The notes under the pieces were generated by a model that saw only the letters and a program-made list of their open reading frames with translations, did not search any database and was not told the origin of the DNA. DNA of 64,000 nucleotides from contig CAXGUD010000001.1 in NCBI GenBank assembly GCA_964012805.1, positions 64,001 to 128,000 on the forward strand. The letters run 5' to 3'. This DNA is from an uncultured Bacteriovoracaceae bacterium (GTDB taxonomy: Bacteria > Bdellovibrionota > Bacteriovoracia > Bacteriovoracales > Bacteriovoracaceae). Positions 31,212 through 41,003 of the stretch are shown in pieces. The stretch's first letter is position 1, and each line of letters begins with the position of its first letter. Made by a program: the position numbers and the translations under genes.

Positions 31212-32465
31212 ATGACGAAAATTTTTATTAGTGGGCTTGGGAACATAAGTTCACTAGGTAACACTCCTGATGTTCTCTTCGATAACCTCGAAAAAAATAA
31301 AAGATTTTTTAAATATTACCCTGAATGGAAAAAATTTAAAGGCCTAAAGGCCCTTGTTGGTGCCCCTTCATTTCCCTATGATGTATCAAAAGTACTGCAT
31401 AGAAAAATGAGACGTTCAATGTCACCTATGTCGGAGATGTCCTACCTCGCGACATTGCAGGCATTAGATCAAGCTGGTATCTGCCTCGGTGATAATAAAC
31501 CAAACCTCCACCCCTTTAAAGCTGATCCCCATAAAACTCTTTTGGTTTTAGGAAATACGGCCGGAAGCCCTCTTTTTTTAGACACCTTTTTTAGACAAAT
31601 GATTGAAAAAGAGGGACCGGAAGGACAGTTATCGACTTCATTTTTAAAAGTCATGAACCACACCATTCCAACAAATATTTCTTTGGCGTTAGGTTTTTCT
31701 GGCCCTCTTCTCTCACCATCGAGCGCTTGTTCAACATCTAGCCAGGCCATTATTCTGGCCTCAGAATTAATGAAAAGTGGCCTCTACGACATGGCAGTCG
31801 TCGGCGGAGCCGATGAACTACACCCTCATGTTGTCTCTATCTTTGATATAGTTAAGGCAACCTCCTCAAACTACAACGAAACTCCCGAAGATATCCCTGG
31901 CCCTTTTGACGAAAAAAGAGATGGAATTGTTGTCAGTGAAGGAGCAGGTATCGTCATACTTGAAACAGAGAAGCATTTAACGAAAAGAAAGGGAACACCC
32001 TTAGCAGAATTTTGCAGTGGAATTTATAGATGCAGTGGAAATCATATGACCCAACCAAAAGCGAGTGATATGGCCGACACGATGACAAAAGCATTAGAGC
32101 TCGCGAATATTACACCCTCCGACATTGATTATATTAATGCTCATGGAACGGGAACTCATAAAGGTGATCAGGAAGAGTCTGATGCTATTTTTCAAACATT
32201 TAAAGGACAAACTACACCAGTAAGTAGCCTCAAAGGACATTTTGGTCATAGTTTAGCCGCTTGCGGGGCCATTGAAGTTATATCGATCATTCAGATGATG
32301 AAAAAGAAGAAAATCATTGGGACAAGAAACCTAAAAACCCCCCCTAAAAACTCAGGCGAAATCCATTACCTTAAAGACCAAGAAGTTAAAAGCATAAACT
32401 ATGCCCTTTCTAACAACTTTGCTTTTGGAGGAATGAATACCTCTATGGTGATAAAAGGAGTTTGA
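31212..32465 (+). CDS. Beta-ketoacyl-ACP synthase (FabF superfamily, ApeR-like)
   Basis: SACSTS (Cys), AHGTGT and KGHFGHS (His), NNFAFGG. Confidence 0.93.
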   Translation: MTKIFISGLGNISSLGNTPDVLFDNLEKNKRFFKYYPEWKKFKGLKALVGAPSFPYDVSKVLHRKMRRSMSPMSEMSYLATLQALDQAGICLGDNKPNLHPFKADPHKTLLVLGNTAGSPLFLDTFFRQMIEKEGPEGQLSTSFLKVMNHTIPTNISLALGFSGPLLSPSSACSTSSQAIILASELMKSGLYDMAVVGGADELHPHVVSIFDIVKATSSNYNETPEDIPGPFDEKRDGIVVSEGAGIVILETEKHLTKRKGTPLAEFCSGIYRCSGNHMTQPKASDMADTMTKALELANITPSDIDYINAHGTGTHKGDQEESDAIFQTFKGQTTPVSSLKGHFGHSLAACGAIEVISIIQMMKKKKIIGTRNLKTPPKNSGEIHYLKDQEVKSINYALSNNFAFGGMNTSMVIKGV

Positions 32466-32466
32466 T

Positions 32467-32724
32467 ATGGAAAAAGCGGACGTTATAGAAAAAATTAACC
32501 ATACCTTTATTGAAAATTTCGAGATTGAACCAGAAAAGCTAACCAAGGAAACAAAACTTTTTGAAGACTTAGAACTCGATAGTTTAGACGCCGTCGACAT
32601 GATTGTTCACATGGAACAAAACCTTGGTATAAAGGTTGACATTCAAAAGTTTTCAACTGTGAGGACCCTGGATGATGTCTACCAAATGGCCTTCGAGCTT
32701 TATTCAGAAAAGAACCTGCAATAG
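32467..32724 (+). CDS. Acyl carrier protein
   Basis: DLELDSLDAVDM phosphopantetheine site; directly follows the KS. Confidence 0.95.
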   Translation: MEKADVIEKINHTFIENFEIEPEKLTKETKLFEDLELDSLDAVDMIVHMEQNLGIKVDIQKFSTVRTLDDVYQMAFELYSEKNLQ

Positions 32725-32768
32725 GCGAATAGAGCTTTTATTTATCACCCTTTCAAAGAATGCTTTTT

Positions 32769-35648
32769 TTATTTCTCAGTCAACTTAATACTATTTTCAA
32801 GTTCTAATAGAGAATCAACAAGAAATGATTTGAGTTCATTTTGATCATCTGACTCAGTAAAGTTCATAAGGCCCATAAACCAATTTTGTAATTCATTGCC
32901 ATCAATATTTGAAATCGTGCTTAGAAAATCATCATACATTTTAGTTCGAAACTCCATTTCTTTTGACTCTATAAGGTACTCAATTTGCTCTTTCAATTTC
33001 TTTAAGTATTTCAGTTCATCTTTACTACAGACATCTTTTTTTCTTTCAAGGTATTTTTTTAAATCATTCTCTGCTTCAGAAAAAAAACTTTTAATCTCGC
33101 TATCACCGGCAATCGTTTCTTCTTCTATTTCAATAATTTCATTTTTTAAAAATTGAGCTAATGTTTCTAATAATTTCTCATTTTGAAAGGGTGATAGCAA
33201 AACGTCATCAAATGACTCTATTTGAGTTTTATTCATTGAGTTTGATAGTTCATCTTTAATGATAAGAAAGGGTATATTTTTTAATTTCGGCAAACATGCT
33301 AAATTTTTTCTTACTGTTAAAGTATCGATTATTCGCAAGTCATTTTCCGCAATAATTAAGTCAGCTTTTTCTTTCATTGCCTTTTTAATTAGTTCCTCTC
33401 CATTTTTAGCAAAAATAAACTCAAATGGCTGGTTTTTAAGTTGTTCTATAAGATCATTTAAGACGTTTTTATTTTTAAAACCTAAGATTATTGTCGCAGG
33501 AGAAAAGATAAGCCCTCCACTCAATCCTTTTAAAACATTTTTTAGGTGGATCTTAAAAGTGTTACCCTTTCCTAAAGAAGATTTAATTGTTAGGTCAGAA
33601 CCTATTTTTAAAAGGAGAACTTTAGAAATATAAAGGCCCATGTGATCGACTTTTTGGTTCTTCTCCTTCTCATTAAATGTATCTAAATATGGAATAAATA
33701 AATTTAGGCAATCCTCTTCTTCAATTCCTTCGGTTTCGTCAATCACCTTTATAATTATATCGTAGGATAGGGGGTTCTCTTTAACCTTATCAAAAGAAAC
33801 ATGGACGTTAATTTTACCGCCCTTATTAGAAATTTCCAAAGAGTTATTAAATACATTTTGGAGAATTTCTCTTATTTTCCTAGCCCCTAATACAAGTGGA
33901 GAAGGAAGTCCTTTATTTTCGTATTTAAGATTAAATGTTATATTCTTATCCTTCCCCTTGTAATTAAAGAAAGAAATTAAATCGTTTAAAATATATCCCA
34001 AATCAATTCCTTTTCTTTCTACACTTTTGCTTTCCACATCATCATGAAAAACTGAATCTCCGACATTGGACAAATCCATTATTTCTCTACAACTGCTACG
34101 AATATTTTTAAGATAGAGCATCTTTTCCTCAGGATTAATTTCTAAATCGAAATTTTCTAAAATATGAACAAAGCTTGTAATATTATTAAGTGGATTTCTC
34201 AAATCATGGCCTAATCTTGCCAAGAAAAGTTCTCTTTCCAAGCTCTTCTTTCTAATTTCATTAATTTCAAATTCAACTTTTTTTGTCTTCTCCTTTAAAA
34301 GATGGGTTGTTGATATTAAATTATGCTGTGCTTGTTTTCTTAAACTTTCGTTTTTCTCTTTATGATACTTTTTTTGAATTTCTTTTTGGTCTTTCATTAA
34401 ATCGATAATCTTTGACTTAGCATCAATTTTTTCTTGATAATTTTCTTTTTTTCTTCTTTCCTGAATTAGAAGAAGACCAATCGTTAAGAAAAAAACCTCG
34501 AAAAAGAAACCCATGATAGGTGTATGACGGGTATAAAAATTACTCGGAATATGACCTAAAACAACGAGTGCGAAAATTAATCCTGCGGCAACGGTTGAAA
34601 AAAGACCCAGAAAAAGAAAGAACTTGTCCGTATTTTTTATTTTTAAATTTAAAAGTAAAAAAATAAGAAGTGCGGGGTAAACAATAAAAATTGATAAAAC
34701 GATGTATTTAGCTGCAATCGCACGAGGCATAAAAAGGATTAAAATAAGTAAAAGGATGGTAAGAGATTTTAAGAAATTAAAAAAAAGGATCATTATTTTT
34801 CCACGAAAGGAATCTTCAGATTTTAAAATATTTTGGAAGAAATAAACTAAAGAAACCATCGAAATGATTAGTATGATATCCATACCTGTATTATTGAAAA
34901 AAACCATATTTTTCGTTATATAAACTGGCAGGATCCCAAGCCCCAAGGACAAACAAATTGCCATAAAAAAAGCATGATTAAAATAAAGTAAATAGACTTT
35001 TTCATTTTCAAATACTGCCAAATAACCGATAAAGAAAACCATCAGGGTAAGAGTCCCCAAAACTAATCCTTTTACAAGATTATTTTTAGACTGCGCTTCT
35101 GCAAAAGATTTATATGAATAAATGATCAGAACCGGTTGTTTTGCAAAGCCACCGATTTTAAAGTAAAAGACATCCTCCGCTTCTTTAGAAGTTTTTAAAA
35201 AAAAGTTAAAGCCGTCTACTTCGAATTGTCTTTTCGATAAAGCTTCATAATCACCGGTTTTTTCTTCTCCATACTTTCCTGTTTTTTTATCTTTTTGATA
35301 AAACCAAATGTGATCTTGAGTGACAAAGTCGTAAGATAAAACCCATCTTTTATCTTCACTAAGGTCTTTAACCTTTAACTTTAACCAATAATAGCGATCT
35401 TTAATACCCAAGTTTGGAAAATTTGTTTTTAAAGGTATGAATTTTTCTTGAATATCCTTAGTTAATATATTTTCTATTTTAAGTTTTTTTGTTGGGTCTT
35501 CAAAATAGGATATTTTTGAACTTATCCGAATTGATTCTAAATTATTTGTTAGATGAATGACCTGACTTTTTTCAGTGCCTAAAAGCGCTGTACTCAGAAA
35601 TAAAAAAGTAAAGCAAAATAATTTTATAATCATTTTTTCTTTATTCAC
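32769..35648 (-). CDS. 7TM-DISM hybrid sensor kinase with degenerate HATPase and pseudo-receiver
   Basis: DISMED2-like periplasmic domain, 7 TMs, LGHDLRNPL H-box; G1 box reads DETEGI; receiver has IIAEND. Confidence 0.82.
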   Translation of the reverse strand: MNKEKMIIKLFCFTFLFLSTALLGTEKSQVIHLTNNLESIRISSKISYFEDPTKKLKIENILTKDIQEKFIPLKTNFPNLGIKDRYYWLKLKVKDLSEDKRWVLSYDFVTQDHIWFYQKDKKTGKYGEEKTGDYEALSKRQFEVDGFNFFLKTSKEAEDVFYFKIGGFAKQPVLIIYSYKSFAEAQSKNNLVKGLVLGTLTLMVFFIGYLAVFENEKVYLLYFNHAFFMAICLSLGLGILPVYITKNMVFFNNTGMDIILIISMVSLVYFFQNILKSEDSFRGKIMILFFNFLKSLTILLLILILFMPRAIAAKYIVLSIFIVYPALLIFLLLNLKIKNTDKFFLFLGLFSTVAAGLIFALVVLGHIPSNFYTRHTPIMGFFFEVFFLTIGLLLIQERRKKENYQEKIDAKSKIIDLMKDQKEIQKKYHKEKNESLRKQAQHNLISTTHLLKEKTKKVEFEINEIRKKSLERELFLARLGHDLRNPLNNITSFVHILENFDLEINPEEKMLYLKNIRSSCREIMDLSNVGDSVFHDDVESKSVERKGIDLGYILNDLISFFNYKGKDKNITFNLKYENKGLPSPLVLGARKIREILQNVFNNSLEISNKGGKINVHVSFDKVKENPLSYDIIIKVIDETEGIEEEDCLNLFIPYLDTFNEKEKNQKVDHMGLYISKVLLLKIGSDLTIKSSLGKGNTFKIHLKNVLKGLSGGLIFSPATIILGFKNKNVLNDLIEQLKNQPFEFIFAKNGEELIKKAMKEKADLIIAENDLRIIDTLTVRKNLACLPKLKNIPFLIIKDELSNSMNKTQIESFDDVLLSPFQNEKLLETLAQFLKNEIIEIEEETIAGDSEIKSFFSEAENDLKKYLERKKDVCSKDELKYLKKLKEQIEYLIESKEMEFRTKMYDDFLSTISNIDGNELQNWFMGLMNFTESDDQNELKSFLVDSLLELENSIKLTEK

Positions 35649-36000
35649 TTAAGAAAATAATTGAACCTGAATTTATTATACATCTTTTATACATTTTTTT
35701 TTTTTCAAATATATGGTTAAAAAATATTTTTTTTATTTTTTAGATTGTGAAAAAAACGTTTTATTTCCTGAGGAAATTTCATTTAAACCTTATTTTTTTC
35801 ATATAAACTTTTTACTTCTCTTCTGCTTTCTCAAGACAGGGTATTGAGATAAGAGAAAACGGTAAAATTCAAAACAGGTTTGAAACCTATTATGGTGTTT
35901 TTATCATAAAAAACTTAATTCTCTTTTTGATTTAACTTTAAATAGATATCACTCTTTTTAAATTGATATGAATCATCCATTACCTAGCTGAAATACTTTC

Positions 36001-36031
36001 AAGATAGTTTTAGTATAAAAGACACTATCTT
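36001..36031. promoter_or_regulatory. Inverted repeat in the divergent promoter region
   Basis: AAGATAGT-N15-ACTATCTT. Confidence 0.3.
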
Positions 36032-36322
36032 TAAAAAACTTTAGGCCTCTACTTCTATGATTTATTTTTTATTTATAGGTCCGTTTTAAATTCGATTTTT
36101 CCTAAAGAAATGAAACAATAAATTTTATTGGTTCATAGAAATTGGGTAGAAACCTCCATGGGCCGAATTGACACACCCTGTAATTTGTACTAACTGGACC
36201 TAAAATTCTTTCCTTCACTCCTAAAATGAACTATTTAGAGATTATTAAATAATGTTTTAGTTCTGATTTCTTAGACTTTGAGGCCCTAACTTTAAAAACC
36301 TTTTTATATTTTGGAATTAAAT

Positions 36323-39300
36323 GTGAAATACCTTCTCTCTCTTCTTTTAACATTTTTCTTAGCATTTGGTGGGAATGCAGAGCAACCGCTTGACCCCCAT
36401 AGGGCCATTGAATTAATCGAGGGGAAGAATTACTATGAGCTTGGCCTTAAAATAGATCTTTTAGAAGATGAATCAAAAAAGCTTACCATTAAAGATATTC
36501 TAAGTTCTAAATACGCTAAACAATTCAAAAGAAGTAAAAAAGAGGTTCCAAGTTTTGGCTTTAAAAAAGCAAACTTTTGGGCAAAAGTAACTCTCTTAAA
36601 TAATACAAAAAGCCAAAAAAGCTGGCTTTTTCACCAGCAAAACTACACACAAGATGAAATCACTGTTTACCGGAATACAGAAGGTCAATGGAGGAGCTCA
36701 ACCACTGGAGATTTTTTCCCTTTCAAAACTAGGGAAGTAGACGCTCGTTCTTTTTCTTTTCACATAGATGCCCCTGTAAATAAGGTCACTGTTTTTTATG
36801 TCAAAATAACTGGTGTTGTTAATAGAATGCTTTTCACCTTAACAACCCCGACCCATTTTGCAGAAGAAGAGGCCAAAGACAACTATGTTATGGGACTCTT
36901 TTTTGGGCTTATCTTAACAATCATTGCCCTTAACTCTGTCCTCTACCTATCGACTAAAGAAAAGGGTTACCTTTACTACGTTTTATATGTCCTTACCTTT
37001 GGTTTTGCCTTAGCGATTAACCTTGGTTTTGCCCAAAAGTTTATTTTTAAAGACTTTCACTGGATGAATAATAAAGGCTTTGCCATAGTCTCTTTATTTA
37101 CAAGTCTTTTTCTAAGCCTCTTCACCATTACGTTTCTTAAACTTGAAAAGGCTACTCCTAAACTTTATAAATTACTCAAAGGTTTTGCATGGGTCAGTCT
37201 TACTTTAATCATCCTTACGCCAATCCTTCCCTATAGTTTAGGGTTAAAGTTTTTTCTAGGTGCCATTTTTATCGTCACCCCAATCGTCATTTTTTCAGGC
37301 ATTTACAGATCCCGAATGAGATACAGGCCAGCTAAACACTTCGTCGTTGCCTTTGGTTTATGGATATTTGGAACGCTGATTACAGTTTTTGCAGTTATTG
37401 GCGTCTTGCCAACAAACTTTCTTACGAAAAACTCAATGCTTATAGGGAATGCTCTTGAGCTTGTTATTTTATCAATTGGACTAGCTGATAAGTTTAACTT
37501 TATTTTAAAAGAGGCCCTCCTGAAAGAAGAAAGGGCCGCCAGAAACCTGAAGAGAGAAGTTGAGAGACAAACAGTAGAACTGAGAAAGAAAACGGAACAA
37601 CTTCAAGACTTGGACCAGAAAAAAACGTCTTTTTTCCAAAATATTTCCCATGAGTTAAGAACACCATTAACCCTCATTATGAACCCTTTAGAAAGCCTTA
37701 AAAAGCGCTACAATGAGGATAGGGATATTCAAGTTGCAGATAAAAATACAAAGCGCCTATACAGACTTGTCAATCAGCTTTTAGATTTTCAAAAGTTATC
37801 TGCAGGGAAAAAAGAGCTAAGCCTAAGTAAAGTTAACTTAGTTAAGTTTATTAATAACTGCGCTGATATGTTTAAATCAAGCTGCTCTATCAAGGACATC
37901 GCCTTTAAAGTCACTTTAAATGGCAAGGATTTCTCAAACACAGACCTCAATTCAAAAGACTTTTTTATCCAGGGAGAAATTGATGCCCTCGAAAAAATAG
38001 TTTTTAATTATTTATCCAATGCTCTTAAATACTCACCTGAAAAGTCTATGATCACATTGGGCCTATCCAATAAAGAAGGGGAAGTTAAGGTTTCAGTTAA
38101 AGATGAGGGAAGAGGAATTTCTAAAAGTAATCAAAATAAATTATTTCAAGTCTTTAGCCAGGTTGATGACTCCGACACAAGAAAGTTTGAAGGAACTGGG
38201 CTTGGTTTAGCTCTTGCAAAAGAACTCGCCGAGCATATGAAAGGAATTGTTGGCGTTGATAGTGAGGAAGGAAAAGGCTCCCTATTTTGGGTAAGTTTCC
38301 CAGAGTGCACAAAACCCCACTTGGAAGAGGACCTAAGTATCCAGAATCATGAGATTAAACAATGGCATTTAAATGGCGTTGCAGACCAAAATGATGAAGA
38401 CGAACAAATGGAATCAATAGATTCAAAAGTTGATTCCTCTGAAATAATAAGTAAGCAGCAAACAGTCTTAATTGTAGATGACCTCAAAGATATGAGAGGA
38501 CTCATCTCTAGAGCTCTTAAAAGACATAACTACAGGACTCTTTTGGCACAAAATGGTGAACAAGGACTTGAAATGGCCAAGGCCCATAAACCAGACATCA
38601 TCATCAGTGATTGGATGATGCCAAAAGTGAGCGGTCCTGAAATGATAAAACAGTTAAAAAATGAGCCGAACTTTGCCTCTATCCCTATCATTCTATTAAC
38701 GGCCAAAAGCGATGAAGACAGTAAAATGATGGGTATTGAAGTCGGTGCAGATGGGTTTCTTGGTAAACCTTTTAATGACCAGGAACTCGTCAGTCTAGTA
38801 AGAAACCTCCTCTCTCTTAAAAATAGGGAAAAAGAAGTTGAGGCCTTAAACCACCAACTTACTGAAAAAGTCTTGAAGCGTTACCTACCACCTGATCTCG
38901 TTGAGCAAATTATTTCTGGGGAAACAAGCCTTGAGCAAAAACCAGAAGGTATTGTAGGAACAATCCTATTCTCTGACATTGTAGGCTTTACCAAGTTGAG
39001 TGGGGACATAAGGGCCTCAAAACTATCAAGACTCTTAAATGACTATCTTTCAGAGATGGTTCAAATTATTTACAAACATGGTGGTACTATAGATAAATTT
39101 ATAGGAGATGCCATCATGGTTATCTTTGGAGCTCCAACACCTCTTTTACCAAAAGAGCAGGCCTTAAGAGCAGCAGCTTGTGCCAAAGAGATGCAGGCCA
39201 AAATGGTCGATTTAAACAATAGGTGGAACGAAGAAGATATCCCAACCCTTAAAATGAGGATTGGTATCCACCAAGGACCCCTCGTAGTAGGGACATTTGG

Positions 39301-39502
39301 CTGCCCTGAAAGGTCAGATTACACCTCTATTGGACCAACCGTTAATATCGCCTCAAGAATTGAGTCCGTTTGTAGCGCTGGGGATGTTTTTATTTCTGGA
39401 GAGCTTTGTGACCTTCTCCCTGAAGAAATGACTGAAAAAGCTGGTCGCTTCGAACTTAAAGGAATCGGGGTAGAGCAAAACCTTTATAAAGTTATTCAAT
39501 AA
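36323..39502 (+). CDS. 7TM-DISM histidine kinase - receiver - class III adenylate cyclase fusion
   Basis: SHELRTPL, NALKYS, DEGRGI, GTGLGL; VDD..SDWMMP..KPF; FSDIVGFT, DKFIGDAIM, DYTSIG, VNIASRIE; start uncertain (36311/36323). Confidence 0.93.
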   Translation: MKYLLSLLLTFFLAFGGNAEQPLDPHRAIELIEGKNYYELGLKIDLLEDESKKLTIKDILSSKYAKQFKRSKKEVPSFGFKKANFWAKVTLLNNTKSQKSWLFHQQNYTQDEITVYRNTEGQWRSSTTGDFFPFKTREVDARSFSFHIDAPVNKVTVFYVKITGVVNRMLFTLTTPTHFAEEEAKDNYVMGLFFGLILTIIALNSVLYLSTKEKGYLYYVLYVLTFGFALAINLGFAQKFIFKDFHWMNNKGFAIVSLFTSLFLSLFTITFLKLEKATPKLYKLLKGFAWVSLTLIILTPILPYSLGLKFFLGAIFIVTPIVIFSGIYRSRMRYRPAKHFVVAFGLWIFGTLITVFAVIGVLPTNFLTKNSMLIGNALELVILSIGLADKFNFILKEALLKEERAARNLKREVERQTVELRKKTEQLQDLDQKKTSFFQNISHELRTPLTLIMNPLESLKKRYNEDRDIQVADKNTKRLYRLVNQLLDFQKLSAGKKELSLSKVNLVKFINNCADMFKSSCSIKDIAFKVTLNGKDFSNTDLNSKDFFIQGEIDALEKIVFNYLSNALKYSPEKSMITLGLSNKEGEVKVSVKDEGRGISKSNQNKLFQVFSQVDDSDTRKFEGTGLGLALAKELAEHMKGIVGVDSEEGKGSLFWVSFPECTKPHLEEDLSIQNHEIKQWHLNGVADQNDEDEQMESIDSKVDSSEIISKQQTVLIVDDLKDMRGLISRALKRHNYRTLLAQNGEQGLEMAKAHKPDIIISDWMMPKVSGPEMIKQLKNEPNFASIPIILLTAKSDEDSKMMGIEVGADGFLGKPFNDQELVSLVRNLLSLKNREKEVEALNHQLTEKVLKRYLPPDLVEQIISGETSLEQKPEGIVGTILFSDIVGFTKLSGDIRASKLSRLLNDYLSEMVQIIYKHGGTIDKFIGDAIMVIFGAPTPLLPKEQALRAAACAKEMQAKMVDLNNRWNEEDIPTLKMRIGIHQGPLVVGTFGCPERSDYTSIGPTVNIASRIESVCSAGDVFISGELCDLLPEEMTEKAGRFELKGIGVEQNLYKVIQ

Positions 39503-39647
39503 GCTCAATCTAAGTTCAGTCAATCCTTCAATCAATAGAATCATGCTTTAAGAACATAAGGACTCAACTTATATAAAGCGAAACAAAAACCTATAATTCC
39601 TAATACCTGTCCGAAAAAAAGTTAAAACATCTGAAAAAAAGACAAAA

Positions 39648-39674
39648 AAAAGGGCCTCTATTTAAGGCCCTTTT
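39648..39674. terminator. Bidirectional intrinsic terminator
   Basis: AAAAGGGCC-N9-GGCCCTTTT between convergent genes. Confidence 0.7.
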
Positions 39675-39719
39675 AATTATTTTAATGCTTTAAAATCATC
39701 GATTTATTTTTTCATTTTT

Positions 39720-40073
39720 TTATAATGATACCTCATCATTACGACTTCTTACTCTTTTCACCAAAGACTTAGTTAGTGCCTGAGACCAAGCTGGAAGCTC
39801 TTGAAAAAGCTTTTGAAACTTTTCTGAAGGGATAACGGCCAACTCAGTTTCTTCAACCGTATAAACGCTTGCTGAGCGGGGTTTTTTATCAAAGTAAGAG
39901 ATCTCTCCTACAATTTCACCAGGTGTTACAAACCCTAAAACAACTTCTTCACCATCGAAGACTTTTGTTACTTTTAGTTTTCCAGACTTAACAAAGTACA
40001 TCTGCCTACTTACTTCACCTTCTCTAAAAATTACTTCGCCTTCTTCAAGCTTAATAATGTCTAATTTTGTCAT
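39720..40073 (-). CDS. Stand-alone cyclic nucleotide-binding domain protein
   Basis: IFREGE, YFVKSG, VGEISY..KPRSASV phosphate-binding cassette; no HTH. Confidence 0.92.
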   Translation of the reverse strand: MTKLDIIKLEEGEVIFREGEVSRQMYFVKSGKLKVTKVFDGEEVVLGFVTPGEIVGEISYFDKKPRSASVYTVEETELAVIPSEKFQKLFQELPAWSQALTKSLVKRVRSRNDEVSL

Positions 40074-40291
40074 AATTCAAATCTCCAAAAAGGCTTCATT
40101 TAAACCCTTAAATTAAACTTAGCTCAGTAAACCAGAAAAAGGTGTAAGATCCAATAATAAACAGTATTTAATGAAAAGTTTCCATAGAGCTTTTTAAATA
40201 AACTTTATTTATATAATGAAACAACTGTTGTCATTTTCTAAAAGGCAGATTAAGAATTTAGAAAATTGAAAAAATTTGAAAAAGAAAACCA

Positions 40292-40894
40292 ATGAATTTA
40301 AAAAGAAGATTTATTAGCTCAAATGTACCCAAACCAAGAACACAATCATTGCCTAGTTTTGACCGAAAAATGCCTCTTTTTCTTGAAATAGGCTGTGGCG
40401 TGGGTTTTCATCCTCTACAGTTCTCTAAACAAAACCCTAAGCACCAGATGATTGCCATTGAACAAACGACTAATAAATTTTCCAAATTTTATAAAAGATA
40501 CCTTAACCACCAGTGCCCTGAAAACCTATACCCCTTTCATGATAATGCAGTTCATTTCATAACTCACCTGATAAAAAAAGAGACCATTCATAAATACTTC
40601 ATCCTCTACCCAAACCCTAACCCAAAAAAATCTGACCAAAACAAAAGATGGCATGCCATGCCCTTTATGGGAAAACTTTTAGAAACTATGGTTCCAGGTG
40701 GGATTATTGAGTTTGCTACTAATGAATCTTTTTATGCTGAAGAATGCTATGAATGGATGACTAACGTTTGGGAGCTTGAAGCTCTCGAATACAAAACCAT
40801 TCCTCATAATTTTCCCCCGAGAACACATTTTGAAAAAAAGTACCTTAAAAGAGAACAAAAATGCTTTAACCTCACATTCAAAAAACCTTCCTGA
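40292..40894 (+). CDS. trmB: TrmB-like SAM-dependent methyltransferase
   Basis: LEIGCGVG, YPNPNPK, FATN, THFEKKY. Confidence 0.72.
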   Translation: MNLKRRFISSNVPKPRTQSLPSFDRKMPLFLEIGCGVGFHPLQFSKQNPKHQMIAIEQTTNKFSKFYKRYLNHQCPENLYPFHDNAVHFITHLIKKETIHKYFILYPNPNPKKSDQNKRWHAMPFMGKLLETMVPGGIIEFATNESFYAEECYEWMTNVWELEALEYKTIPHNFPPRTHFEKKYLKREQKCFNLTFKKPS

Positions 40895-41003
40895 GGAAAC
40901 TTTTTCACCAATCTAAAGTAATTCTTTGACACACTTAAGTTAAAATCCTTTTTTCCGTAAAAAGAGAGAGATTTTGTTTAATGTTTTGGCCCTGGTGTAT
41001 GTA

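Noticed and set aside
35649..40291. CRP-type TGTGA-N6-TCACA sites near the cyclase locus
   Set aside because: Only a half-site (TGTGA near 35747) was found, and the cNMP protein has no HTH
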